Virus record (IMG/VR): IMGVR_UViG_3300025913_000021
Span: 1 to 64,000 of that record
Length of the DNA stretch: 64,000 bases
Strand: one strand, 5' to 3'
Source: a virus
The notes under the pieces were generated by a model. The model did not search any database. It was not told the origin of the DNA and saw only the letters and a list, made by a program, of their open reading frames with translations. This document shows, piece by piece, positions 18,440 to 28,781 of the stretch (the stretch's first letter is position 1; every line of letters starts with the position of its first letter). The position numbers and the translations under genes were made by a program.

Positions 18440-18798
18440 GGTTCCTCGCTGATCACGTGGATGCTCTTGCAGCCGACCCAGGCGATCGGCCCACGCTCGT
18501 CGTCGGTCCAGGCGACATCGCGTGCGTCCCAATCGAGGTTGTCGCGATGCACGTCGCGCTCGAACTGGATTGCATCCTCACGATCGAGATCGCACTGCTG
18601 AGCCCAGTCAGGCGTGGGATCTGGACGCACGTCGAAAAGCTCATGGCAGCCGATGCAGCGCCAGGCGGTGCGCTTGCGGATGAAGCCCGCCGACTCCGGG
18701 ATGGTGTTGTGCCGGTGTGGCGTGCCGGTCATCAGCTCCATCTGGTGCTCCTCGATGTGGTCGCACGTCACCGTGCGGCACAGTGGACAGACCCTCAA
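18436..18798 (-). CDS. Cys/His-rich protein with tag HVISEEP*
   Basis: TTGA-coupled start. Confidence 0.7.
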   Translation of the reverse strand: MRVCPLCRTVTCDHIEEHQMELMTGTPHRHNTIPESAGFIRKRTAWRCIGCHELFDVRPDPTPDWAQQCDLDREDAIQFERDVHRDNLDWDARDVAWTDDERGPIAWVGCKSIHVISEEP

Positions 18799-19217
18799 AA
18801 CGGGTGATCGTTCGGGTCGGTTTCCCACCACGCAGGCACTGCCTTGTGCGTCTGCGGCGTCTGCGTCTGCGGCGTGTTCATGGCCTGGCGACGCTCGCGG
18901 TCCTCCTTGCGCTTGTAGGCCGCGTCCATGTAGTCCTTCGCCTCCTTGAGTCCGAGGCTGTCGCCGTACGACCCCTTCGTCATGGAGCGACTACGCAGCT
19001 CCTTGATCGCCATGATCTTCTTGTCCGGGAACTCCTCGACCAGCCGGTCGGCGAGCACGACGTTGGGGTCCGGCTGTCCGTACGCCGGGTCGATCGGCGA
19101 ACCGTGGATCAGCTTGCCGAGCCACTCCTGCGTGCCCTCGCGCTGCTGCAAGAGCATGTCGCGCTCCATGCGCAGCGCGGCCACCTCCAGCTCCAGCTCG
19201 CGGCAACGGTCACACAT
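18795..19217 (-). CDS. Protein with a ribosomal bL12 (L7/L12) C-terminal-like domain
   Basis: KKIMAIKELR...LGLKEAKDYMD matches the bL12 CTD signature. Confidence 0.7.
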   Translation of the reverse strand: MCDRCRELELEVAALRMERDMLLQQREGTQEWLGKLIHGSPIDPAYGQPDPNVVLADRLVEEFPDKKIMAIKELRSRSMTKGSYGDSLGLKEAKDYMDAAYKRKEDRERRQAMNTPQTQTPQTHKAVPAWWETDPNDHPF

Positions 19218-19431
19218 GGTGGGTGGTCTCCTTCGGGTCGATCTCGAACTCGGGGACCGTGTAGCCGGTGGGCACCCACTCGGTCGCGCTCACGTTCCCG
19301 TCCCTGTCAATGTTCGGGATGGTGTCCACGTAGTTGCGGCACTCGCGGCAGAACGAGCGCAGCCACTTCGTGCCGTCACGCTCCACGATCATCGCCTCGC
19401 GCACCGAGGCCGAGGTGTGCGGGCAGCTCAC
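19210..19431 (-). CDS. Small zinc-binding protein
   Basis: CPH...CREC. Confidence 0.6.
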   Translation of the reverse strand: MSCPHTSASVREAMIVERDGTKWLRSFCRECRNYVDTIPNIDRDGNVSATEWVPTGYTVPEFEIDPKETTHHV

Positions 19432-19622
19432 GGTTCCTCCTGGATGATGTACGGCTGCATCACCTGGAGACCGTGGCCGGGAGGAGTTCTAGGCATGGTG
19501 GCGAACACCTTGCCCAGGTCGCGGAACGCTTGCTGCATCTTCCGGCCGTTCATCGCGAAGTCCACGTAGCTCTTGGTGACCGCATCGTCGGACGGGGGCT
19601 CGACGTTGGAAAGCTCACTCAC
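19428..19622 (-). CDS. Small protein with tag YIIQEEP*
   Basis: GTGA-coupled to the HIT gene. Confidence 0.7.
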   Translation of the reverse strand: MSELSNVEPPSDDAVTKSYVDFAMNGRKMQQAFRDLGKVFATMPRTPPGHGLQVMQPYIIQEEP

Positions 19623-19975
19623 TCCTTCACCTGACCAGTCCACGGCAGGTGCAGGCCGTCGCCGGGCCGACGAGGCACGTAGTGGATGTGCAGGTGGTAC
19701 ACGCTCTGCGTCGCGTGGAAGCCGTCGCTGGTGATGAGGTTGAAGTCATCGGGCGAGTGAGTGGCGTAGGTGGCAGCAGCCTCGAACACGCGCCCCGTGA
19801 TCATCGGGTCCTCGCTCGCGCGAGCGGTGTGCTTGCGATGGACGAACAGCCGATGACCGGGCACGACGGGGTTCAGCGGCTCGAAGCTCACCACATCGGC
19901 GAACTCGGTGTCCTGGTAGCTGTCCTCCGGCTTCGAGCTGCGCAGCTTCGCGCAGAACACGCAATCAGTCGTCAT
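19619..19975 (-). CDS. HIT-family nucleotide hydrolase
   Basis: CVFC...PLNPVVPGH...QSVYHLHIHYVP histidine triad. Confidence 0.9.
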   Translation of the reverse strand: MTTDCVFCAKLRSSKPEDSYQDTEFADVVSFEPLNPVVPGHRLFVHRKHTARASEDPMITGRVFEAAATYATHSPDDFNLITSDGFHATQSVYHLHIHYVPRRPGDGLHLPWTGQVKE

Positions 19976-20510
19976 CGTGGCTCGACAATCCCATGACGGC
20001 GCGACGAGCGGTGGCGTCGTCCAGGCCGACGAGTCCTACTAACGTGCGTCTGTATTGCTCGTCGAGGTCGGCACGCTGGCACCCTTCGAGGATGCGCACC
20101 GCATGGGTCTGAGCCTGCTCGTAGTCCCACTGACCCTTGTCCTGGCCGTCGATAACGACGGTGAGGAAGGGCTTGCCCTTGATGTTGACACCGGGCCGCA
20201 GACGCAGCCGCTGCACCGAGAGGTTCGGGTTCGAGTAGTCGGCGCGGTCCTTGCGTAGCTCCTGGATGACATCGCCAGCGGCGCGCGGATCATTGGTGGA
20301 GTGGGTGAGCTGACGGAACACCAGGGCGTCGTAGTGCGCGAGCACTGCCTGGTGGAGCACGTACTCGGCCCAGGCCCGCGCCTGGTCTACGTCGAGGAAC
20401 TGGCCGTGGTCCTCGTCGATCTCCAGCTTGAGGCGGTAGGTCCCGCTGGAGTCCGGTTCGGTGCGGACCCAGATGACGCCTGCGCCTTCATCGACGGGTT
20501 GCTGGGTCAA
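19965..20510 (-). CDS. Hypothetical protein
   Basis: 181 aa, AAGGAG RBS. Confidence 0.6.
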   Translation of the reverse strand: MTQQPVDEGAGVIWVRTEPDSSGTYRLKLEIDEDHGQFLDVDQARAWAEYVLHQAVLAHYDALVFRQLTHSTNDPRAAGDVIQELRKDRADYSNPNLSVQRLRLRPGVNIKGKPFLTVVIDGQDKGQWDYEQAQTHAVRILEGCQRADLDEQYRRTLVGLVGLDDATARRAVMGLSSHDDD

Positions 20511-21396
20511 CGTGCTTCTCCTTCATCGGGGGGATCGGGAACTCGATGGCGAACACGCCGAGCACGTGACGCGCTTCCACGCTCTGCTGCGGACCGCCGA
20601 TCCACGGCGCGAGCACGAAGGACATGAGAGCACCGCTCTCGAAGTAGTGGATGCTGATGACCTTGTGATCGGAGTGCGTGACCCAGCCACGACCGCGCGG
20701 CATCCGAGCGGTGAGGTGAACCCGCATGCCGACCACGATGTCGGTGATCGAGATCTGCCGCCTCACAGCGGCGGTGCTCCCCGCTCGGCGCGCTTCTCGT
20801 TCTCGTACGCGCGGCAGTCGTGCTCCGGGTGCTTGACGATGTTGACCTGATGCGAACACCACTCGGTGTGCTCCTGTCCGAGGGTCTCGTACGGCTCGGT
20901 CGGTGTGCGTTGGAGCTGCCGATGGAGTCGCTGGTTGGACTTCCAGGTCGAGCGAGTCGAACTCTCCCGGGCGTTGATGCGGGCCTCACGCCTGCTGATC
21001 GGCATCCGACTTCTCCTTGAGCCGACGGTTCCACTCGGTGACGTACTCGGTGAGCTGCTTGCTGAGCACCTCGATCATCCCGGTGATCTGGGCGTCCGTC
21101 AGCCCCTGGATGGAGGGCTTGGCCACCTCAGATCTCCTTCCACTGCGTCCCGGGGTTCTCGACCTGCGCCCGGATCGCGAGCTGCGCCGCCACGTCGGCG
21201 GTCGCGGCCGTGGCCATGATCGCGGTCTTGAAGTCGTTCCAGTCGGGGTGCTGCCGCTTCACGATCTCCTCGATGTACGGGTAGAGACCGTGCGGGTCGC
21301 GGCCGGAGTACGGCGTCTCCCAGTACACGCGCAGCACCTCGGCCAGGGCTGCGTCCAGCTCGGCCTGCTTCTCTGGCGACGGGCGCGGGATCTCCA

Positions 21397-21828
21397 TCAG
21401 TTGCTCGGGCAGTCGCTGGAGTGGTCGTACTTGTACGGCGCGATCTCGACGCCACCGCACTTCGGGCAGCGCTCCCTGGGCGTGGCACTGCTCGGGTCGT
21501 GGTAACCCGGCGTGGGCTCGACCTTCTCGGGCGTCGCGTAGCCGGGGATGGTGAAGCCGAGGCTGGCGGCGTTGATGCACTCCATCGCGGTCTGACTGGC
21601 CCACAACGTTGTCCCCTCGCCCGTGACGGCGAAGTGGTGCCGCCCGCCATGCGCGTCGCAGGCCATGATCGAGACGACGGCCAGACGCAGGTCGTGCGAG
21701 TTGCCGAAGGTGATGCCCTCGGTGGCTCCGGCCAGATAGGCGTTGCGCATCCGCGCCGCCTCGATCGCCTTGGCCTGCTGGAGCTGCTCGCTCTCGTCAG
21801 CCGCCGGAATGATGGTCTCGTCGGTCAC
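21397..21828 (-). CDS. Hypothetical protein
   Basis: 143 aa, coupled at both ends. Confidence 0.6.
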   Translation of the reverse strand: MTDETIIPAADESEQLQQAKAIEAARMRNAYLAGATEGITFGNSHDLRLAVVSIMACDAHGGRHHFAVTGEGTTLWASQTAMECINAASLGFTIPGYATPEKVEPTPGYHDPSSATPRERCPKCGGVEIAPYKYDHSSDCPSN

Positions 21829-22082
21829 TGCTCTGATCCTTTCGGCTGCTCGTCCAAATCGGCCTGGTCAGGTTCCTCCTGGATCACCTGGCCGAGGATG
21901 AAGGGCGCGAAGATGTCCGCGCCGACGTTCGTCCACATCACGGCCTCGTGGACGCGGAAGTGCTGCTGCGGGTTGGTGACGACGGCGGTGCAGAGATCGC
22001 AGACGAACAGCTCGGGGCTGATCAAGTCGTTGAACGGCGTCGCGGTCAGACGGATCGCGCGCTGGCTGTCGCTGTCGGCCAT
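21825..22082 (-). CDS. Zinc-finger-like protein with sub-terminal tag QVIQEEP-DQADL
   Basis: CDLC...H...H; AGGAG RBS. Confidence 0.7.
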   Translation of the reverse strand: MADSDSQRAIRLTATPFNDLISPELFVCDLCTAVVTNPQQHFRVHEAVMWTNVGADIFAPFILGQVIQEEPDQADLDEQPKGSEQ

Positions 22083-22520
22083 GCAGGGACTCCTGATGTT
22101 GCGGTCGAGGGATGTTCGGAAATGTAGTCGCAGGCGATTACAGCGTCCACCTGCGACTACCTCCGACGACCGCCGACCGCTACGGGACGGTGTTGTACTC
22201 CGTCTTGGGCAGGGCGATCTCCACCGTGTCGGTGTCCCACTGGTAGGACCAGTCGTGGCTCAGCACGAGCTGGTCGGCCCAGGGGAACGAGCTGGCAGCG
22301 GCGGAAGCGAGCGCGACCTTGAGCGCGTCCACGGCCTCCTGGACCCGCGTGAAGCGGATGTCCCGGCGCAGGCCCTGCGGCACGCGCAGCTCGGCGGTGA
22401 TGGTGAGAACGCGCGGCGAGTAGCCGTCGTTCGAGGTGCTGGTCATGGAGACCTCCGGTTGTTCGGAATGGGCTCCGTGAGCATAGGCCAACTCGGCGAG
22501 ATTCGCCAATCTCGGCGAGA

Positions 22521-22853
22521 TTAGTCGCGGCCGGGGAACTCGGGGATCACGTAGATCCGGTACGCGCCGCGCAGGGTGAAGTTGCACCGCTCGCAGTACC
22601 AGAGCTTGGTCACCCGCAGCTCATCGACGGTGTGCGACACCAGCGGCATCGACGCGGCGCAGAAGTCGCACTCTGCCTCGTACTCGCGTAGCGCCTGCCA
22701 CCACGGCATGCTCGCAACCCGACGCCCTGTCGTCGGCCGCTCGCGCTGCTCCTCGGGCGAGTAGATCCCGGTGCGCCGCATCTTCGACCGCTCGGCGGCA
22801 CGACTCATGGCGCGCCGGAGCTGGGCGCGCTCGATCTCGTCCCGCAGAGCCAT
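22521..22853 (-). CDS. Zinc-ribbon protein with tag YVIPEFP-GRD*
   Basis: CDFC...CERC. Confidence 0.7.
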   Translation of the reverse strand: MALRDEIERAQLRRAMSRAAERSKMRRTGIYSPEEQRERPTTGRRVASMPWWQALREYEAECDFCAASMPLVSHTVDELRVTKLWYCERCNFTLRGAYRIYVIPEFPGRD

Positions 22854-22879
22854 ACCGAACATTCTCCCCGGTGGACGCA

Positions 22880-22915
22880 AACCGGCCCCGGAGCACGACA
22901 ACTCCGGGGCCGGTT
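22880..22915 (-). terminator. Intrinsic terminator
   Basis: AACCGGCCCCGGAG / CTCCGGGGCCGGTT. Confidence 0.65.
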
Positions 22916-22926
22916 CAGGCACCTCG

Positions 22927-23118
22927 TCAGCGACGGCGAGCGGCGAGCAACTGGCCGTAGCGGACGAGGAAGTACGTGATCACGCCGGTCACGACGATGA
23001 GCGTCGTGCCGATCCAGAAGCTCACTCGGCCCGTCACCGCGACGACGGCGATCAGGACGAGCATCCAAATCGCCAGCCACGCGACGGCGGCGACTGGCCG
23101 GAGACGGACGGTGTGCAT
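22927..23118 (-). CDS. Small two-TM membrane protein
   Basis: Hydrophobic, 63 aa. Confidence 0.65.
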   Translation of the reverse strand: MHTVRLRPVAAVAWLAIWMLVLIAVVAVTGRVSFWIGTTLIVVTGVITYFLVRYGQLLAARRR

Positions 23119-23128
23119 GTTCGGAATC

Positions 23129-23737
23129 CTAGACGTGCCAGAAGAACGTGACCAGACCGCCGACGCAGCCGCCGCCGAGCGTGGCGACCACGCCGATGCC
23201 GGTGGCCTCGCCTGCCGTCTTGAGGATGATCGCCGTGGCACCGCCACCGACCATGCCGCGCGTGCACGCCTGGACGCCCCGGTTGTGGAACAGATGCTTC
23301 ACCACGCTCCACATGCCTTCGGAGTGCGTGATGTTGTACGCCTGGGCTGGACCGCAGTGGTACGGGTAGTAGTAGCCCGACCAATACTGCATGCAGATCA
23401 GGTGCGCGACGCCGCGCGAGTAGCAGCGCTTCACGAGGTGCTTGGCTGCCCACTCACACGACGGTCCGCCTGGACCAGCGGGCTGCATGGTCGTCGCGGG
23501 CTGCACGCTCGGGGCCGGGCTCGCGTAGCGCACGGCAGGGCTGGGCTCCTTGACCGTGTAGACGTCGTAGCGGATGTGGAGGCAGTTGAGGAAGTGCTCC
23601 ATCGCCACGACCTTGCCGGTGAAGCGGTCGGTGCTCTTGCACGCGTACGCCTGCGCCGGGCTGGTGCCGACGACGAGCGGCACGATCAGGGTGGCGATGG
23701 CGAGCGTCAGCGTGGCCAGGATGCGAGAGGTTCTCAC
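23129..23737 (-). CDS. Secreted Cys-containing protein with a Gly-rich hydrophobic C-terminus
   Basis: Signal peptide ending PAQA; GAAGGAG RBS. Confidence 0.7.
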   Translation of the reverse strand: MRTSRILATLTLAIATLIVPLVVGTSPAQAYACKSTDRFTGKVVAMEHFLNCLHIRYDVYTVKEPSPAVRYASPAPSVQPATTMQPAGPGGPSCEWAAKHLVKRCYSRGVAHLICMQYWSGYYYPYHCGPAQAYNITHSEGMWSVVKHLFHNRGVQACTRGMVGGGATAIILKTAGEATGIGVVATLGGGCVGGLVTFFWHV

Positions 23738-23859
23738 GGGACTCCTTCCAGTGATCGGTAGCGCGATCATGGACCCGTGATGTTCGGAATGTCTGTATGC
23801 GGTAAGTGACCACTTGGTGACTGGCAGCTATTGGACACTAAGACGAGCTTGATTCGACC

Positions 23860-23943
23860 TAACGTCCATTTTTCGGCCCTGAAACTGGCTTAGCGTCCAT
23901 TTTTCGGTACCTAAACCGAGTTAGCGTCCTCTTTTCGGGACCT
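23860..23943. repeat. Three direct repeats with a 31-bp period (iteron-like)
   Basis: TA(A/G)CGTCC(AT/TC)TTTTCGG at 23860, 23891 and 23922. Confidence 0.85.
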
Positions 23944-24137
23944 TAGCCGTCACGACCAGGCTCCTCCTGGATGACGTACAGCGTCGGTATGCCGCGATGA
24001 CGCTGCACGATCGTGTGCCGCCAACCGCCCACGATGTGCAGCTCGCCCTCGAAGTCCGGCTGCATGCTGGCGTAGAGCATGTACCCGCACTTCGCACAGG
24101 GCATCTGGATCGACCAGGGCGAGCGGCCGGGCTGCAC
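23943..24137 (-). CDS. Small Cys/His protein with tag YVIQEEP-GRDG*
   Basis: TAGTG-coupled start; CAKC. Confidence 0.7.
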   Translation of the reverse strand: MQPGRSPWSIQMPCAKCGYMLYASMQPDFEGELHIVGGWRHTIVQRHRGIPTLYVIQEEPGRDG

Positions 24138-26100
24138 TACTGGTGCCAGATGTCCTCGTGGACGTTGTAGAGCAGCGACGCGAGGTCCGGGCGCTCCTGG
24201 CGCAGCATCGAGACCTGTTCGGTCGTCAGGATGCTCCACAGGTGATCGAGTGCCTCGCGCAGCGTCGGCTTCGGGTTCGGATCACCGATCGCGTCGAGCA
24301 CTGCCGGATCGGCCGGGAAGTCCGTGGCTGGAGCCGCGCCGTTCATAGACTCCAGTCGATGCTCGCCGAGCAGGTCGCGGTAATCGCCCTCGGCCACGGC
24401 CATCAGCGCCGCCACCAGCGAGTGCACCGTGAAGCCGTCCACCACGAACGTGCGCCGTCCGAACCACGTCGCCTCGGGCGTGATCCACGAATCGACGATC
24501 ACGCGCCACTGGCCGCTCATCGCTTCTTCTTTCCCTTCGAGTTGTCGGACTGCTCCCTCCACCGGACCTCGACCTCCTTGCTGCCGATCCTGGCGGTGCC
24601 GTGGTGGGTGTGACGAGTAGACGGCTCGCCCTCGCAGCGGATGGGGACTCGCCTGCCGATGATCTCGAACTCAGCGTCGCAACGTTCAGTCACAGGAGTG
24701 ACCATCGCACGAGGCGCAATGGTGATGTTCGAGGTGCGCCAGCGACCGGTCGTCGTGCACGTAGTGGACGACCTCGCGGTGCTCGTGCGGGATGCTGGGC
24801 CGACCACAGCTCTCGGACAGGCAGTCGTAGACCTTCGTGCACGGCGCGTTGATCGGTGCCTCGCACAGCTCGTACGGACACGCGGTGGTCGTGATGACCT
24901 CGCGCCGGTACTCGATCAGGTTCATCAGCCGATCCTCTCGAAGGTGCCGTCGTCGAGGCCGTCGAGCACCGACTGGATCATCGCGCGGAAGTCGTCCTTG
25001 CTCATGCCGTTCCGACTCCAGATTTCGACGGTCGTCGTTTTCGAGTGCTTGCCGGTCGGGTCCTTGAAGCGCAGCACCAGGATGTCGTCGTCCTGGGGAA
25101 CGGCAGTGCGGGCCTGGTCGCTCAGCTCGCGCAGTCGCGAGCCCGGCACCTCGTACATGGGCTCGCTCATCAGTCGATCTCCTTCTCGTAGCGCGTGGTC
25201 GAACCGTCCGGGTACGTGACCTCCAGGTCGATCCGGTCGTCCGGGTGCAGATCGGGGATGCTCAGCTCCATCCAGACGCGCTCGCTCTCGCCGATCACGC
25301 GGATCCGCAGCTCGCTCATCGCGCCACCTCCGGCTTGAAGGGCTTGGCCTCGCCGTTGCGGATATGAACGCACGTCGCTTTCGGTGGGTAGTCGTAGTGG
25401 GTCGCGCACCACTCGCACGACTGCGGCTCCTGGAGGTCGTACGCGTTCGGGTCGCCGACCCACTCCAGGAGCGAGCGCAGCCACGCCTCGATGTGCTCGT
25501 CGCCGTTGTCCTTCTCCCAGCGCGACTTCCAGTAGCTGCTCTCGCGCCGGTCCACGTCGAGCTGGTGCAGCACGCGGCGCACGTCGCGCACGTCCGGCGC
25601 GCGAGTGGGCATGGGCCGCGTCACGGCGTCTCCTGGCTGGAGCGATAGGTGACCGGGATCGGCGCGGACGGGCTCCAGGCTTGCAGCGGCAGCACCTGGG
25701 CGAACACGAAGTGGTCGGGGTTCTCCGCGCGCCAGCGGTTGATGAATGCCGTGGTCTCGTCGCCCGACACGACATAAGCGATCTCGCTGGGCGCGCGGTT
25801 CTGCACGATCTTCACTACATGGTCGTTCGTCATGGCCGTCCCTTCATGAGCACGAGTGGTAGTCCTGGCGATGACCAGCCCAGAGCTGGCACTTCCAGGA
25901 GTGATCGACGTTCGGGTCCTGCCAGAGGCACAGTGGCGCTTCGGCCGCTAGGAAGATGAACAAGGGGTTGAGCTGCGCGAACTCGTCCTTCGCGCGCTGC
26001 TCGCCCTTGTCGATGCGATCGGACAGCTCATGGAAGTAGTCCTGCATCGCCTCCAGCAGTCGCGTGAGCGTCGGCGGGTTCGCGCGCGGACTGAGATCCT

Positions 26101-26358
26101 TCACGGCTTCTTCTCCTCGTCCTCGACGAACCCGTGCAGCTTGTTCCACTCCTCGCTGTCCTGGTCGTGCAGCGACGCCGTGATGAGCCCGAAGATGCCA
26201 CCGAGGATCGCCACGACGAGCCCAGCAGCGATCAGGTCCTTGTGCAGCGGCTTGTGGTGCACGAACTGCGCGGCGACGAACAGTCCGGCCGCGCTCATCG
26301 CCACGAGCGTGAACATCACCGCGAAGAAGATGGTCAGCCCGCGCCAGCGCTTCGTCAC
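26101..26358 (-). CDS. Two-TM membrane protein
   Basis: Two hydrophobic helices. Confidence 0.65.
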   Translation of the reverse strand: MTKRWRGLTIFFAVMFTLVAMSAAGLFVAAQFVHHKPLHKDLIAAGLVVAILGGIFGLITASLHDQDSEEWNKLHGFVEDEEKKP

Positions 26359-26868
26359 TCGGGCCTCCGGTCGCGGCGCACCGTCGGGCTCTCCATCGCC
26401 TGCTTGAGTTCGGCCTGGAGGTCGGCCTGCTTGCCCGCCTCGATATAGACGCGCGTCTGATTCGGTTCGGCCTGGTAGACGTCCAGCAGGTCACGGGTCG
26501 CGTCGCCCGAGAGGATCAGCTCCTCGTACTTGCACCCGCCCACGACGCCGGGCGCGAACTTCGTCGTCCAGCGCTGCATCGTGTCGTCCCAGGTCCACGT
26601 GTAGCCCGCTGGGTCGGTGATCTGCTTGATCTCCATGTCTCTCCAGTCCGGTTCGTTCGGCATCCGCCAGCCGTGCAGGTGTCCGTGGGCGTCCACGAGG
26701 AACAGCCGCGCGCAGCCGTCCAGCGCGGCGGGGTGGCATTGGAGCACGCCTCGGTCGGGCGGCGCGGCCCACATCCCGTCGGGTTCGGTCAGCGGCACGC
26801 CGTCGAACGGGCAGTGCGGCAGGCGGAGGTTGTGCAGGAGGTCGTCCTGGAATCTCACGCGCGGCACC

Positions 26869-27144
26869 CTATTCCCCTTCCGCCAGCGCAGCGGCACTCG
26901 AATTTTTCATTTTCGCCATGTAGAGCGCGGCGCGGTGTTGGAAGCCGGGGTCGTTGCGGCGGGTGTGCAAGTAGGCGTTGATGGCGCGGCGCACGACTTC
27001 GTTCTGGGAGCACTTGTCGATGCGGGCCACCAGTTCCAGTTCTTCGGCCAGCGCCAGCGGCAGTCGCAGCGTGAGGGCTTTCGCGGTTTGTGCAGGCGCT
27101 CCTGCGGAGACGCCTAGCTGACCCGAGGGTTCCGGCTCGCTCAT
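26869..27144 (-). CDS. Ribbon-helix-helix (Arc/CopG-like) regulator
   Basis: ALTLRLPLALAEELELVARIDKCSQNEVVRRAINAYL. Confidence 0.75.
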   Translation of the reverse strand: MSEPEPSGQLGVSAGAPAQTAKALTLRLPLALAEELELVARIDKCSQNEVVRRAINAYLHTRRNDPGFQHRAALYMAKMKNSSAAALAEGE

Positions 27145-27332
27145 AGCCCACTCTCCGAGCTGACCTGCTTGAGCCGCTCCTTGAGGGCACGCTGGTTCTG
27201 GAGCGCCACGGAGCACATGACGCGGATGACGACGGCGCGGGGCAGGCCGAACTCGTGGACGAGGGTGTCGATCTCGGCCATCCCCTTGTTCGAGAATCGG
27301 ACGGTCATCAGATTCCCGCGCTGCTGAGCCAC
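27141..27332 (-). CDS. Ribbon-helix-helix-like regulator
   Basis: MTVRFSNKGMAEIDTLVHEFGLPRAVVIRVM. Confidence 0.55.
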   Translation of the reverse strand: MAQQRGNLMTVRFSNKGMAEIDTLVHEFGLPRAVVIRVMCSVALQNQRALKERLKQVSSESGL

Positions 27333-27402
27333 GAGGCGACCTCCCGGGTCGAGTGTTCTGAGGAGTTCTGAGGAAAACCTAGCCCAGCCCCCGTGAGGGC
27401 GT

Positions 27403-27606
27403 CTACGGCCACTCCGGGATCACGTAGGTGACCGAGATGGAGGCCGACCACGGCTCCCCCACGTGCCCCGGGACGGCCCCGAAGCCGTCCTCGTGCCACC
27501 ACCGGTCCTTGTACCCGCTAACCCGAACAAGCACCTCGTGGCAGGTCCTACAGAGGCCCTCGTAGCGCAGACGATCACCGCTTCTCCCGTCGTGAATCCT
27601 GGACAA
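27403..27606 (-). CDS. Small Cys/His protein with tag YVIPEWP*
   Basis: First gene of the left arm; CRTC. Confidence 0.65.
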   Translation of the reverse strand: MSRIHDGRSGDRLRYEGLCRTCHEVLVRVSGYKDRWWHEDGFGAVPGHVGEPWSASISVTYVIPEWP

Positions 27607-28023
27607 AGAGGGCGTCCTCCTGCCTATGTTCGCCTATTTAGCCGAACGTCCGAATGCTCGGATGATCTCCGCTGATCATCGGAACAAGCACGCGGAGATC
27701 GTATCCCTCCCGATCCCTCTCCAGGGGCAAATGCGTCTGGGCCAGCAAATCTGGGGCCTAGAGCATTCCGAACAAGGAAAAACGGGACAGGGTTGCTGCG
27801 TCTAGCTACCACGCGAGTCGTAGATCAGTGGTGTCCGAAATACACCCCAGAAAGGCGGGGGGTGACTTCGAAAACGAATACTCCACCATTTCTGGTCCAG
27901 GTCGAGTATTTGGGGTGTCAGGGCAACACCTGGCACGACGTGAGGCACCCGGGTGGTCACACACCGCGCGTCGCACGCACACCCATCCACGCGCAGATCT
28001 GCGCACACACGAAAGGCACCGCC
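27607..28023. promoter_or_regulatory. Divergent non-coding region at the strand switch
   Basis: Genes diverge on both sides; lower GC; contains CCGAAC motifs. Confidence 0.6.
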
Positions 28024-28781
28024 ATGCTCACCATCGAGGCTTGCACCAACGGCACCATCACCCGCGCCTGCGCCCGTGCGTTGAACCGCGCGCTCGGTAC
28101 GGCGTTCTCCGGCTCGACCCTGGTGGACGACGTGCTCGCGCACGTGCACACGCTCGGGCGGGACGACGTGCGCGTCGTTGGCGCTTCGTCGCTCACCGGG
28201 CAGGACAAGGCCCGCCACACCCGCGAGGTCACGCGCTCGCGCAACGCCCAGGCGCGTCGGGTCGAGCGCAAGGCTGCCGAGGCTGCCCCGCGTCGCCCGA
28301 TGCCGTACCCGCGCGCTGCCGCGTGACGTACGCCCGCAAGGCCGAAACGCGCTCGCCCGACCCGAGCGCGTCCGCACGTACATGCGTGCGCTGACGAGGC
28401 CAGATCGCCCCACGAGAGGACCGACCATGAACCGCACGCTGTCCACCCGCACGCTCGCGCTCACCCACACGCCCGCTCAGGCGCTCGCCTGGTACGAGTG
28501 CGGCGAGTTGGCCACCGAGATCGACCGCCTCAAGGGCCTGCGCGTGCAGCCGGGCGCGAACGTGAGCGCCATCAACGCCCGCATCACCACGCTGGAGGGC
28601 GACCTCGCCGCGCACCTGCGCACGTACGACGCGAGCCTCTAGCGCAAACGGACGAGCGTCTGTTTTGATTCCGAGCGCACCTCGTGCGCCTGCCTGCGGG
28701 CGGGCGTACGGCGAGCCGCTCGGCTCACACCCTCGCACGCGCCATCCGAGCGCGCGTGCCCTAGTGCCCAGGAGGCACCAG

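Noticed and set aside
23860-23943. CRISPR array
   Set aside because: Only three units with ~14-nt similar spacers and no cas genes.
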